DNA of 64,000 bases from the human T2T-CHM13v2.0 reference genome, Homo sapiens: NCBI RefSeq assembly GCF_009914755.1, contig NC_060930.1; one strand, written 5' to 3'. Below are positions 25,598 through 40,129 of the stretch, piece after piece. The notes beneath the pieces were generated by a model. The model ran no database searches. It saw only the letters and a list, made by a program, of their open reading frames with translations, and was not told the origin of the DNA. Within the stretch, counting starts at the first letter, position 1. Each line of letters opens with the position of its first letter. A program made the translations under genes and the position numbers.

Positions 25598-27268
25598 TTT
25601 TTAAAATTATACTTCAAGTTCTGGGATACATGTGCAGAATGTGCAGATTTGTTACATAGGTATACATGTGCCATGGTGGTTTGCTGCACCCATCAACCCG
25701 TCATCTACATTAGGTATTTCTCCTAAAGCTATCCCTCCCTTTGCCCCACACTCCCTGACAGTCTCTGGCGTATGATGTTCCCCTCGCTATGCCCATATGT
25801 TCTCATTGTTCAGCTCTCACTTATGAGTGAGAACATGCAATGTTTGGTTTTCTGTTCCTGTGTTAGTTTGCTGAGAATGATGGTTTCCAGCTTAATCCAT
25901 GTCCCTGCAAAGGACATTAACTCATTCTTTTTATATGACTGCATAGTATTCCATGGTGTATATGTGCCACATTTTCTTTATCTAGTCTATCATTGTGGGC
26001 ATTTGGGTTGGTTCCAAGTTTTTGCTATTGTGAATAGTGCTGTGATACATACCTGTGCATGTGTCTTTATAGTAGAATGATTGGTAATCCTTTGAGGATA
26101 TACCCAGTAATGGGATCGCTGGGTCAAATGGTATTTCTGGTTCTAGATCCTTGAGGAATCACCACGCTGTCTTCCACAATGGTTGAACTAATTTACACTC
26201 CTACCAACAGTGCAAAAGCGTTCCTATTTCTCCATATCCTCTCCAGCATCTGTTGTTTCCTGACTTTTTAATGATCACCATTCTAACTGGCATGAGATGG
26301 TGTCTCGTTGTGCTTTTGATTTGCATTTCTCTAATGACCAGTGATGATGAGCTTTTTTTCATGTTTATTGGCCACATAAGTGTCTTCTTTTGAGAAGTTT
26401 CTGTTCGTATCCTTTGACCAATTTTTGATGCAGTTGTTTTATTTTTTCTTGTAAATTAAAGTTCCTTGTAGATTCAGGATATTAGCCCTTTGTCAGATGG
26501 ATAGATTGCAAAAATGTTCTCCCATCCTATAGGTTGCCTGTTCACTCTGATGATAGTTTCTTTTGTTGTGCAGAAGCTCTTCAGTTTAATTAGATCCCAC
26601 TTGTCAATTTTGGCTTTTGTTGCAATTGCTTTTGGTGTTTTAGACATGAAACCACTACTCAAGGAAGTAAGAGGACACAAACAAATGGAAAAACATTCCA
26701 TGCTCATGGATAGGAAGCATCAGTATCGTGAAAATGGCCATACTGCCCAAAGTAATTTATAGATTCAATGCTATTCCCATCAAGCTACCATTGACTTTCT
26801 TCACAGAATTAGAAAAAACTACTTTAAATTTCATATGGAACCAAAAAAGAGCCTGTATAGCCAAGACAATCCCAAGCAAAAGGAACAAAGCTGGAGGCAT
26901 CACGATACCTGACTTCAAACTATACTACAAGGCTGCAGTAACCAAAACAACTTGGTACTGGTACCAAGCAGATATATAGACCAATGGAACACAACAGAGG
27001 CCTCAGAAGTAACACACACATCTACAGCCATCTGATCTTTGACAAACCTGACAAAAACAAGCAATGGGGAAAGGATTCTCTATTTAATAAATGGTGCTGG
27101 GAAAACTGGCTAGCCATATGCAGAAAACTGAAACTGAACCTCTTCCTTACACCTTATACAAAAATTAACTCAAGATGGATTAAAGATTTAAATGTAAGAC
27201 CTAAATCCGTAAAAACTCTAGAAGAAAACCTAGGCAATACCATTCAGGACATAGGCATGGGCAAAGAC
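25598..27268 (-). mobile_element. 5'-inverted, truncated L1PA (PA7/8-like): antisense 3' segment 25598-26650 plus sense ORF2 segment 26651-27268
   Basis: 17-bp TSD acctttatattatttct at 25581-25597 and 27267-27283. The ORF2 homology switches strand at 26650. Confidence 0.96.
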
Positions 27269-29126
27269 CTTTATATTATTTCTCGAATGATGTCCACCAA
27301 CAGTAGCTTAATATAACTAAATTATTGAGTTAGTGTGATGATTGTCTCTAGTATATCTAGGCTCAGATAAATTCCTCTTAGTAGTAAGAGAAATAATAAA
27401 GATGAACTCAGATTTTTATAGCTTTAAATCAGTAAGGAAAGAAGTATGAATAAGCAAGAATATACAAAGGAGAGTATGATATATACAAGAATTTTATAAT
27501 GGTGATCTTGCACAGAAGATCATTATATGGTTATTAGCATGCTCCAAGGTCTTTGGGTCAGCAGTTAACTTCCATGCCCTTTCTGCTTCTGGAGGCTTTT
27601 GCAGAGCTTCAGTTTAAAATTACTAATGGGTGTAATCATCAGTGTATCAAGGTTCCCTTTCATTTTTCTAGAGGGTTGGGAATGATGAGGTCATGAATAA
27701 ATATTCCGGTGAAAATGTCCTCATATCACTGGATTTATAAATTAGAATGTTTCAGCTAAGAAATACAAATGTAATTGTATTTTAGCCATTGTGAGGATTG
27801 TGGCTTTTCAACAGGGGAACGCTTAAACAGAGTCATAAAATAAGCACGCTATTTGAACTAGTACCTAGTAATAAATCATAGAGAGGCACAACCATATACA
27901 ATCCATCTGGAGATGCTCAAAGGTTTCTTTTGCAATTTTATCAATGTCCCATACATTTTTTTCCAAATTAATTTAATTACAAATGAAGCATGAGCTGGAC
28001 ACATCTTCTGCTATCCTGAAAATGTCTTTCCATTGCTGTTTAATTGGCCAACTTGTCCTTCCAGAATAAGTTGCCTCATTTTTCATGAGATGTACTGAGT
28101 GTTCACAAATATTCTTCAAATGAAACTTCTGCTTGAGATATCTACAGATTTTCTTCCATAGGCTCCCAAACCATAGAGAGCAGAGACCTTTTAGTTGGTT
28201 TACTGAAAGATCCATAATTATGTTGATTTGGGTTATTTACTTTTTAACTCTATCTGGAAATGTCAAGCCACATATTAGACATTTTCTAAATTGGTAATTT
28301 TAAATTATAACTGTTTTTTCCTCATTTGATTCAACTAATTCAGGAGGTCTAAGCCTACCTACAGAGGGAGAGAATATGGTCCTTTTTAAGTTAGTTGTTG
28401 AGTCTATTTCAGAACTATTTGAAAGTTTCCTAAAGTTTTTTCTTCATCTTTATTTAGTTTACAACTTTGAATATTTATTGAAAGAAAAGCTTCTGAAAGT
28501 GCTTTATGCAATGCCTTTTCTATTTTTCTTTTTTAAATGTTACACCACTGGGTTACTTTAATCTTCTCTTTTCTGCTCTTGCATTTAAACATTTTTCTCC
28601 ATCAAAGGCTAATAATTAATTGAATTAATTGGTACATACTTGTAGTATGGACAATAAGTATCTAATAAAATTTCCAAATTCTATAGCAAACATTATGTTC
28701 TGTATTCATGAAGTTTAGGAAAATTATTAACTATAGGTCTTAATTTGGCTTTATACCAGTTTCTTTAATTCAACTTCTATAGATCTGACTTGTGTTCTAG
28801 AAAGTTTAAAATGTTATACTATTTTCTGGTAAAATCTCTGATGACAGAGTATTTCATTTAGAGAGTCAGGTAAAGTTGCATAGAAAAAGAATGAAATGAA
28901 AAGAAGGTAGCATTCAGAAGGTTACCAAAGCCTTGACAAAAATCATCTTTGAATTGGAAAATTTGTTTGCAGGATGACAGCTAAAGAAACTGACAATTCA
29001 CTGTGGTATTTTATCTCCTAATTTGTCTAGAGCTCCTTGTAAATATTTTAATTTATTGATTTCATCATAAATTAGTTCCCATATGGCCAATGTTATTTTA
29101 AATATCTATTTTCCTACCTATCCATC

Positions 29127-29173
<47 letters not shown>
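29127..29173. repeat. (ATCT)11 tetranucleotide STR followed by a short (TA)n
   Basis: Direct count. Confidence 0.95.
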
Positions 29174-30269
29174 GTCTATATATATATATTTATCATCTAT
29201 GTATCATCTGTCTTGCCTGTATTGGGAAAACAAAAATAAAATTAGGATTAGTATGTGACTTTATATAGGAAGAATAAGTTCTTCCAGAAAAAGGTTTGTA
29301 TTTAGACAGAGACAAATCTCTGATACACAAGGAAGAGAGGCCACTAAGTTCTGTCAAAAGTGTGTGCTTGCCAATGGTGTCTTAGATTCCCAAAGCAAAC
29401 GGAGTGTAGGAAGGCAACACACAATCACTAAAATAAAGTGATCTTTCATAAGTTGACAACACGGGAAGTATTCTTGTAAAGGTTTTCTAAGAAACCTAAG
29501 GCTGAGTGACCTACCACTTTTGGCAAATTGGTTATCAATTTAAAGGATCTCCAAACATTAGCACTCAGGGCCAGCTTGGATTGGACACTTCTTAGGCTTA
29601 CATGTTCCTCTAATGTTTATGAACTATCCCTTATATTGTCAACAGAAAAAGGTGATTCAAAACAAAACAAACACACAAACAAAACAGAAAAATATGGTTC
29701 AAAACGAAACAAACACACAAACAAAAAAGACCCATAAAATAAGACTTTGTGTATGTATGTAAATAACAGCAAAAGCAAAGAAACAGCAAGGGAATAAACA
29801 GATATGGAAAAAAATATTTATCAAATTGTGTATCTCTAAAGTGAACTATTTATTGACATAATAAAAAGCTTATGTCTAATTACCAAATGGTGCATTTCAA
29901 AACCAAAGGTTATATGACTTAATATATAAAGATACAGGTGAAATAACCTTACACAAAGACCTAAGTTTAAGTGCCTTCTATATAAAGACCTACATGATTA
30001 CAAATCCTAGGACAACTACATAAATTCAGCAACAAGAGCTCAGTAAAATTAGCCAGAGTGAGAAAATTATTGAGAATGACTCTCATGCTAGTACATGGGA
30101 AGGACAGAATGCGGGCACGAGGGGGTCCAGTGAGTGACCCTGTTGATCAGAGCATCTCCTGGAATGTTATCAAATAAGGAGTCTTCAAAATTATCTTGGT
30201 GAAGCCTCTAGAAATATGAAACATGGTGAGACTAAATACATAAAATTTTTTTTAAAAAGCACAAAAGCT

Positions 30270-30596
<327 letters not shown>

Positions 30597-31837
30597 TTAC
30601 TATAGTAAGGGATAGTTATGCTAGGCAGATACATTTTCTCTGAGCAGAAGACTATTCATTTTATATGGAGTTTTTAGAAAGTGTGGAGTTTAGGGATTGA
30701 AAACCTTGCAGCTTCTGAGAGCTGGTTGACATCACCTGTAGCAATACGATTACTCACATGAGACTGTTGATTAGTTGGCACTCATTTATTGAAGTGATTC
30801 TGATCCTGCCTGAGTGATTATCAGAAGTAAGGGCTGACAGTGCTTGCTTGGCATCCAAACACATGTTCACTGAGGCAAGTTGTTGATTGACTGACAGGTT
30901 TAGCACTGGTTCTGGTGGTTCCTTGTTGCCATGGCTACAGAACAATGAGTCTTTTCCTAAATTTATGGAAATGACTTTATTCTCACAATTTGGGAAATAT
31001 TGGCCCAGACCAAATATTTTGTGATTACAAAATTCTGTGAAGGGGTTGTCCCAGAGCCTGACAAATTTTTCTCTCACTCTGAAATACAAAATACATTTTA
31101 TTCTCCATCTAGAAGGAAAAGATAAGCCAGGAATTTAGGAACAAATTCTAGTCTTTCCTTTCAAGAGATGGGTTAGGGGAGATTTCATTCTTCCTGGATA
31201 TGTCCACTAGAGGTTACTAACTCAAAGGCCCTCAGGTTTCAGATACAGATCATTCATGATTCATGAGAAGAGTGAGATTTAAGGTATAATATAGAGTTAT
31301 GCAGGAAACAGGAGAATGCAGATTCTTCTAAAGAAGTCCATGAAATTTACATTGAAAACACTCTGCTGGCCAAAAACGACTTGTCTATGAGCTGGACTTG
31401 CCTACAGACAATGGCTGCATCAAAAGAAAAGTTTTGTTAGTTTATTTCTTAATAATTTATTCTATCCCATTATCACCATTTAACCCTCACTGGAAATAAA
31501 GTTTTATTTGGGTGTTTTCTTTTTCTGAACATGTAGAACCGAGTCCCATTCACAGAATGACATCTATTTATAATGCTGATGTTGGAAGAAAAGATCATTT
31601 TTATAGGTTCAAGTATGTCACATTAGGCTTGTAATAAGATTAAGTTTGGGGACATAATTGTCCAGGTAAGACAATGATGTATCTTTATTTGTGTAATAGT
31701 GTGCATTTTTAAAAAAGCATTAAATGCTGTAAATCATGAAGGATGCAAAGATGACTGTGTCTCTGGTAATTAATAGGCAAGTTGTTATTCCTAGCAGAAA
31801 CCTTGGATTCATGCTCAAATGATTTTTCTCATCACAG

Positions 31838-32768
31838 GCTGTGAGCCCATTCCTGTGCGCTATCTTGAGTGGAGCAACATCGAATCCATTATAGCCATCG
31901 CCTTTTCATGCCTGGGAATCCTTGTTACCTTGTTTGTCACCCTAATCTTTGTACTGTACCGGGACACACCAGTGGTCAAATCCTCCAGTCGGGAGCTCTG
32001 CTACATCATCCTAGCTGGCATCTTCCTTGGTTATGTGTGCCCATTCACTCTCATTGCCAAACCTACTACCACCTCCTGCTACCTCCAGCGCCTCTTGGTT
32101 GGCCTCTCCTCTGCGATGTGCTACTCTGCTTTAGTGACTAAAACCAATCGTATTGCACGCATCCTGGCTGGCAGCAAGAAGAAGATCTGCACCCGGAAGC
32201 CCAGGTTCATGAGTGCCTGGGCTCAGGTGATCATTGCCTCAATTCTGATTAGTGTGCAACTAACCCTGGTGGTAACCCTGATCATCATGGAACCCCCTAT
32301 GCCCATTCTGTCCTACCCAAGTATCAAGGAAGTCTACCTTATCTGCAATACCAGCAACCTGGGTGTGGTGGCCCCTTTGGGCTACAATGGACTCCTCATC
32401 ATGAGCTGTACCTACTATGCCTTCAAGACCCGCAACGTGCCCGCCAACTTCAACGAGGCCAAATATATCGCGTTCACCATGTACACCACCTGTATCATCT
32501 GGCTAGCTTTTGTGCCCATTTACTTTGGGAGCAACTACAAGATCATCACAACTTGCTTTGCAGTGAGTCTCAGTGTAACAGTGGCTCTGGGGTGCATGTT
32601 CACTCCCAAGATGTACATCATTATTGCCAAGCCTGAGAGGAATGTCCGCAGTGCCTTCACCACCTCTGATGTTGTCCGCATGCATGTTGGCGATGGCAAG
32701 CTGCCCTGCCGCTCCAACACTTTCCTCAACATCTTCCGAAGAAAGAAGGCAGGGGCAGGGAATGCCAA
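31838..32768 (+). CDS. GRM1: GRM1 coding exon encoding the 7TM domain and proximal C-tail (CEPIPVRYLEW...FRRKKAGAGNA), 931 nt, phase 1 to 2
   Basis: ORF 31819..32772 matches mGlu1 (TPVVKSSSRELCY, KTNRIARIL, RNVPANFNEAKYIAFTMYTTC). Acceptor tttttctcatcacag|GC, donor GCCAA|gtgagt. Confidence 0.99.
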
Positions 32769-32784
32769 GTGAGTTATCTGACCT

Positions 32785-32814
32785 GTTTGTCTCTCTTTTC
32801 TCTTCCTTTCTCTG

Positions 32815-32855
<41 letters not shown>

Positions 32856-32945
32856 CTCATATCTTCCTCTAGTTTTCTGAGTTGTCTCTTCCATTTCCCC
32901 CATGTCTTTCTCTTCCTTTCTTAATCTTTTCTCCCTTTCTTAAAT
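32785..32945. repeat. CT-rich tract with a (CT)n core just after the 7TM exon donor
   Basis: Direct reading. Confidence 0.9.
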
Positions 32946-35900
32946 CTCACATTCTGTTGCAGTAAGAATGCAGAACTGAGGCTCCTCCCTGTTTTCATTT
33001 CTTTGAAAGAAAAGGAGCAGGAAACAATCTTTATTCTTGCCTAGAAGCGGAAGCTTCGGTTCTGCCAGTAACTTACCCTTTCGCATGGGACCTCCTTCTA
33101 TGGAGCATCATTTTGCCCCTGGGGGCTGGGTCAGAGAGGCAAGCACTAATTATAATGTCTAGTTCTGACCATGGTGAAAGTAGCTTCTGGTTTATTTTTA
33201 TCATTCCGGAATCACACCACTTCTAAACCGGGGTGAAAGGGAGGAAAACTTAGCACCTGGAGAAATTGCCATTTCAAAATTTGATCACTACTGAGCACCA
33301 AGTATGTCCTAAAATAAGATCCTGCAAGCAACTGACTTATCATATCTCTCTTATTTATTGAACTGGAATGTACATTGTAATAAACATGTTCCACGATGTT
33401 ATACATGAATTGGGTCATCTCTGCTACTGCAAAGTCATGATCAGAATAGTTTCTTAGTCATAAAGCACCAAAAAATAAAAAAAAATAAAAAAAGGGAACC
33501 AGGTGATAAGCCCCAATCTTGAGACTTTGTGTGAACATTAAAGTCCAGATGAATTCCAGATGAATTCTATTCAAAGTCCAGATGAATTATATTTCTATAA
33601 TTCTTCTGAGTTGTTTTTATAATAAGCACTTTCCTATCCTTTTTCTATTTTGAGAAGAAGCATATGTTAAATTTGCATATGTCACCTCTTTCTGTGACCC
33701 ATGAAAACAAATTTCATGTAACGTTTTTTATTTCAAAAATAGCACGGATGCTTGAAGTTCTAAAGGTAACCGAAGTATCCAAAGATTAAGTCATTTTCTC
33801 CACCAGCAGCATTAATTTCACTCTTTCAAACAATCCTTTAAAAATAAAAAGTTTTAATAATAATCATGATAAGGTACACATTGTTAATAATCATTCCATC
33901 CATCTGAACCTGTCAGCAGGAACATTATTTCCCCCTATTTTGTAGGTGAGAAAAGTACTCTGCTGTAAATTTTTATAACTTGTATTTATTTATTATTATT
34001 ATTTTCTTAATCCCAAATGTGATAGTAGAATTTTTGTAACTTTTCAATGTAATTCCCCTTAGTTATTCTTTATTTAGATCTTAAATGATATGATACTTCT
34101 CACTTTAACACATGCCAAAAATTCTACATCCTTTAAATTTCTTGGTTTTTGTATCTTTACTTTCCAAGAAGCAACGTGGGCATCTTTTGCAGAATTTATA
34201 TACTTTGAGGATCTAACAAGGGAGTCTTTGGGAAAACATATCTTTGAAATCCATTTTATGGATTTCAAGTAAAGACATCCCTAATTTTCTCAAAACTAGG
34301 ATGAAGCCAATAATGTACGCTTACTTCTTGGTATATCAATTTTTAAGTTTGTTATAGGATGTTGATCATAAAAGTGGTTAGCCTTTTTTTTCCTCTTACC
34401 ATGTTTTTTTTATTCTAGCCAAACTCCCCTCAGGAGCAAACTCCTGGCAGGGAGTTATCAGGGAGCATGAAAGCAAACCAACAGTGCCACGAAATGGGAA
34501 AAAATAATTAGACAATTAGTCCAGATGTAAAATGGCATCACTAACAATTTCCATTAAGAGGGAAGAAATAAGAGGAAAGAAAATGAAAAGAAAGAAGGCA
34601 TTTCTTAAACTGGAGTGTTCACAAGGATTAAAAGATTCACTTTATTGCAACACCTATGGTTTTCTGAGGGTTCCATTACAACATCCACCATTATTCCACT
34701 CCATGTTTCTAATTACCTTGCCTTTATTATGGTTCTTCAGAAGCTTCCTTGTAATTTTTAGGTATGGGTCATTTTTGAAAGTTTTTCTTCTAACCATTTA
34801 TGGTAAAGAGAAAACCTATATAATTAAGTTATCTTGTGTTGGTGCCCAGGAATATGCATTTTTGAAAGCTCTCCCAGTGATTCTATGTACAGACAGATAT
34901 GGGCACCTGTTTAAGAGAACAGTGACTAATGAAGAGTATGTAGTGCCTGCTGCAGAGATGAGTTGGAGCTATCTGATGTCACATTAACAATGCTGAGTAT
35001 TTCTCTCATGTCCAGGCATTGCTGCAAGAGATTACCTTCCCACACCTGGAACCACTTTCCTTATAAACTGAGAGCATTCCCTTCACTATTAGAAATTTAG
35101 AAATTAATTTCATGTGGGATCTTGCTTTTGAGAGAAAAATCAGCATGGTCTAAATTAACTGGATTGGTTGTCTAGGAAGTGCTGGTTTCATCAGTAAACT
35201 GTTGAACTATTAGCTGCAATTTATCAAGCATTATTACATTCATTTAATAAGAAATATATTTCTAATTAAAAGTTATAACCCGCAGCTTTCTGAGTACAAC
35301 TTATACCTACTCCAATATGCACCAAGCAAATGAGCTGACCCAGAGAGGGTATTTGAGGCTAACCTTCTACGGAAAACAATCATCTGTTTACTCATTTTTC
35401 TCATTTGTTCTGCTGTTGCTCCTGTTGTAACTATGTGAGACTGTAATTTTAGTATATAAAAAAGAATCTCAATGCTATGTTTTTACCTTTTTATTGCCAT
35501 TTTATATTTTCTTAGTTTGTCTCCAAAGTTACAAAAAGCACAAACAGTCTAATATTTTTACAGCAGCAAAAATCTGGTAGAGTTTTGCCAACTGAAGCAA
35601 AGGGGCTAAAAACTCTAGAGAACACATCACCCAATGAGTTTATTGCTATTCTAGATGTGTAATTCCTACATTTATGGTACACTGAGGGTGTTCAGCAGTC
35701 TGCATGTGTAGCTATAAACACAGAACAGATGCTGTAATGAAGAGCTTCCAACTGATCTATCTGTTTGAACATTGTTTTGAGGAGTTGCAAGTCCAACGGC
35801 ATTCTCATGACAGGCTGTTTCTGAGATACGTGGTTGGAATGATGTTGCGTTGTCTGTTTTTAGCAAAGTTTACTTCAATTTTTTATTTTATTCACAGCTG

Positions 35901-36884
35901 AATATCTGACACAACCAAAGGTTTGGACACTTGCTTTACATTTTCTGGAATATAATATAGGAGGAGTTTAATCAATATACTGGGTGTTTGGGTTGCTTGA
36001 GTTATTTATAATCAGAAGTCCCTTCAGGCATACTTGTATCCTGGGAGATCAGCTGAAGTTACCTTTGACACCTCTCATTTCTTTAGCTTTTTAAAAAAAT
36101 GAACATGAATGGAAAAATATGCAGGACTCAGTAGACTTTAAAATATTGAAAAAATCGATTTATTGGCAATAGAAGAAAATGAAAATCCCTGGACATTTAT
36201 GAGGAAGTAAATTAATTAGATCCAAGTAATTTAACACTTCCTTTTAAAGAAAAATGAGTTAACATTATTCAACTGAAAAATTCAAATATCATATAAATGA
36301 CATGCTTCTTTAAAAAGTAATTACATCAGTGATTACATGTCAATCTAACATCTCTAGTTAATTCCTAGATAAATAAAATCACTGAGTGCCAAACAATTTG
36401 ATGGCACATGGAGCTAAAATGTGACAATACATTCCTATGATATTTTGCATGCAAAATTGTGTACAAAACTAAAAACAATTACAACCTTTCCTCCCTAAAG
36501 GCATCAGACTGACACAAGGAAGTAATTTTAAAATATAGGTTACTAAGTAAATGGATATTATTATATGCTACCTTGATTATTTCTTGAGTATTTGAGTTTT
36601 TTTTTAACTGAGTCAAGAACCAAGTGAAATTCTAAATGGAATGATGCTCAGAGGAAATTTTCCACTTTGTTCTCTGCTAGAAATATATTTTGTCCACCAG
36701 TAGAAGCAAATAAGCCTGCAGCATTAGTCATTATGTCCTGGGTAAGCATTTTGGTTTTCTTTCCTCTGATTATGAAAAGAAATGTATTAGTGAGTTTACA
36801 GATATCATGGCCAAATGGAAGTGGCGTGTTCTCCTCTTTTTTATTTTTGATACAGTTCTCATTTATGTCTATAGCTCTGCTAAA

Positions 36885-37110
36885 TTTTTATTATTTTTAA
36901 TTGACACATAATAACTATACCTATTTATAGGGTACACTGTAATATTTCAATACCTGAATGCCATGTGTAATGATCAAATCAGGGTAATTAGCACATCTAT
37001 CATTTCAAACATTTATTATTTCTTAGTGTTGGGAATATTCAAAATTCTCTCTTCTAACTACTTGAACTATTGTTAACTATAGTCACTATACCCTAGTAGA
37101 ACTTATTTGA
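36885..37110 (-). mobile_element. L1MA (older subfamily) 3' end
   Basis: tttaattgacacataat...gtgtaatgatcaaatcagggtaattagc. Confidence 0.85.
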
Positions 37111-37299
37111 AAGAACTCATTTACTATTCTGGCTCACAAACAGGATAATCTTGTCATTTTGTAATTATTTTTCTCTTAATCACACAATATATAGCTTTAA
37201 AAGCTACTGTAATTCTTCATGATATTTATAGTAAACATCAGAAGATTTATTGAAACATTTGTGATAGAATTTTACTACTGGATAGTAATATTTATTGAG

Positions 37300-39070
37300 G
37301 ATCAATTTCTCATTCATTCATTTATGTAATCAATCATTGTTTCAACAGTAAGCTTAAAAGCACTTAGGTACTTGATATGGTGCTAGGTAGTCAAGATAAA
37401 ATATATATATATAAGAGGCAGGCCCTGACTGCACCAATCTTGCAATATGGGAAGGGAGACACTAAAAAATATAACTAAATGTACTGTGCTATGTGCCATA
37501 GTAGAAAACCAATATAACATTCTCAGTGCCCAGGGAAGAAAGAGATTAAGTCCAGTTAATGGAGTAGTATCTGTAGAAGGATTGGAAAGATCTTCGAGTA
37601 AAAGTAGCATTTGAACTTGACCATAAAGCATGTTTTTCAACTGGAGAAATTGTGCTATGCTAGACTATTTTATATAGAGAAAATAACATAAGTGAAGATT
37701 CAGAAATGTTAATGCACTTTCATGCCACGATGTAGAGTTTGTTATGCATGAAGCACGTAGAGAGATGTAGTGTTGGGCAACTTTGCAAATGCAAGAAGAG
37801 TATAGAATATAGATAATGGTTAATGTACCAAGAGGAAGTTTCAGTACTTTTTCTATAAATCACAAGGTGCAATAAAGGTTTTTGTGAAGTTTCATCATCA
37901 TGTGTAAGCTTTAGGGGAAGAAACTGACTTATAGAAAGACCAGTTAATAGAGTGCCACAGTAATCCAATAACAGGTAAAAATAAAAGCCTTAAACTAGAG
38001 CAGTAAAGTTGAATCCAAGACATGCATATGAAAAAGTTTTCTGAGCTTAATTCACTAGACTTGAAATACCAGTTATGCGAGCTGAAAGAAATAATAAGAA
38101 AATAGGACTCTTATGATTTGAGCCCAAGTGAAATACTGCTACTATTAAAACAGATAAGGAATACAGGAACAGGACAGAGGAGATATTGACAAGATGGGTT
38201 TCAGATTAATTAATTGAAAGTGCTATAAAGTCATCCAAAGGGAGGTATCCATAAGATTCTTAGAAATTTAAGTCTGGAGCTTAAGAGAAAGGTCTAGGCC
38301 AGACCTCTAGATTTGAAGATCAATTGTCAAAATATTTAAAGTGCCCAAGAGGGTGGTTATGACATGAGAAAAGAAGAAATACCGGGAAGAACAAACATTA
38401 GGGAACTCTTACACTTAAGAGATAACATAAGGAAAATCTGAAGGCAGTAGACAAAGGTTATCAAAAAGAATGTGGGAAATAAAAGGATGCAATATTATGG
38501 AAACCAAGGAGACCTTGTATTAATGCGCTCAGGTTGTCAAAACAAAATACCACCAACTGAGCTGCTGAAATAAAAGATGTGTATTTTCTCACAGTTCCGG
38601 AGGCTGAAAATCAAGATCAGGATGCCAACATGGTTTGTTTCTGGTGAAGGCTTTCCCATTGAGTCACAGACAGCCACCATCTTGCTGTGTGCTCACATGA
38701 CTTCTTCTTTGGGAGATAGAGGATATAGATAGCAATGATAGAGACAGCGAGACAGCTCTGTTGTGTTTTTTTGTTTGTTTGTTTGTTTGTTTTTTACATG
38801 GGCACTAATCCCATCCTAGGAGCCCCATCCTTATGACTTCATCTAAACCTAATTACCCAAAGTCTCCATCTCCAAAACATTCTCTATTAGGGCTTCAATA
38901 GATGAATTTTGGGGAGAATGACTCATATATTCAGTCAATAACAGAATGTTTCAATAAGATAGAACTTGAGGTCTTATCCTTGGAATCACCAAGGATGGGG
39001 ACTGTATGGTTAACCTTGAGAGGTTTCAGTGCTATAATCTGGGTAGAAGTTATACTGCAATAAGTTGAGG
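37300..39070 (-). mobile_element. Long degraded L2 interrupted by an MLT1 LTR
   Basis: tcattcattca start, with gtctggagcttaagagaaaggtctaggc-type L2 body. Confidence 0.65.
38516..38943 (-). mobile_element. MLT1-type MaLR solo LTR
   Basis: tgtattaa...ttctcacagttccggaggctgaaaatcaagatcagg...cagtcaataaca. Confidence 0.85.
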
Positions 39071-39556
39071 AGTTTGGCATTAAAAGAAGTAGGAAATTCC
39101 GACAGTATTTAAGGAGGTTGAAGAAGAGGGAGGAAGGGTATCATAGAGGAGAACTTTAAGCTTCTTTGTAATATCTGAGAAAAGAGGTGACAAAGAAGGA
39201 AAAGTTGGAAACATAAGAGAGAGATCATCTGGTGTGTGCCGGGAGGCCTGGCCGAGAGCTAGGCTGTTAGCAGAGCCATCTGACATTAATGGAGAACTAT
39301 GACAATGAAGCACCAACTCTGAGGATGTTTGTGGGTGACACTGGTTCTCACTCACCTGTGTTGATGTGTAATGGTTGGTATTAACATAGTATGAAAAATC
39401 AGGCTGGGAACTTATCATCATTTTTATTAAAATTTGAAAATAAACCCCATCCTACTGATTTTATTGGGCCTCTGGACTTATAAACATTGACAGTAAGATT
39501 TGAGAAGGGACAAATGAGGGAAAGCCTGGAAAGGAAGGTGTGTTCTTCTGGAATTA

Positions 39557-40129
<573 letters not shown>

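Noticed and set aside
31819-31837. ATG start of the 317-aa ORF (MIFLIT)
   Set aside because: It lies in the intron's pyrimidine tract. The exon starts at 31838 after cacag, so this is not a standalone gene.
34532-34987. 151-aa ORF
   Set aside because: No recognisable domain or splice support, and it partly overlaps a probable MER5-like relic.
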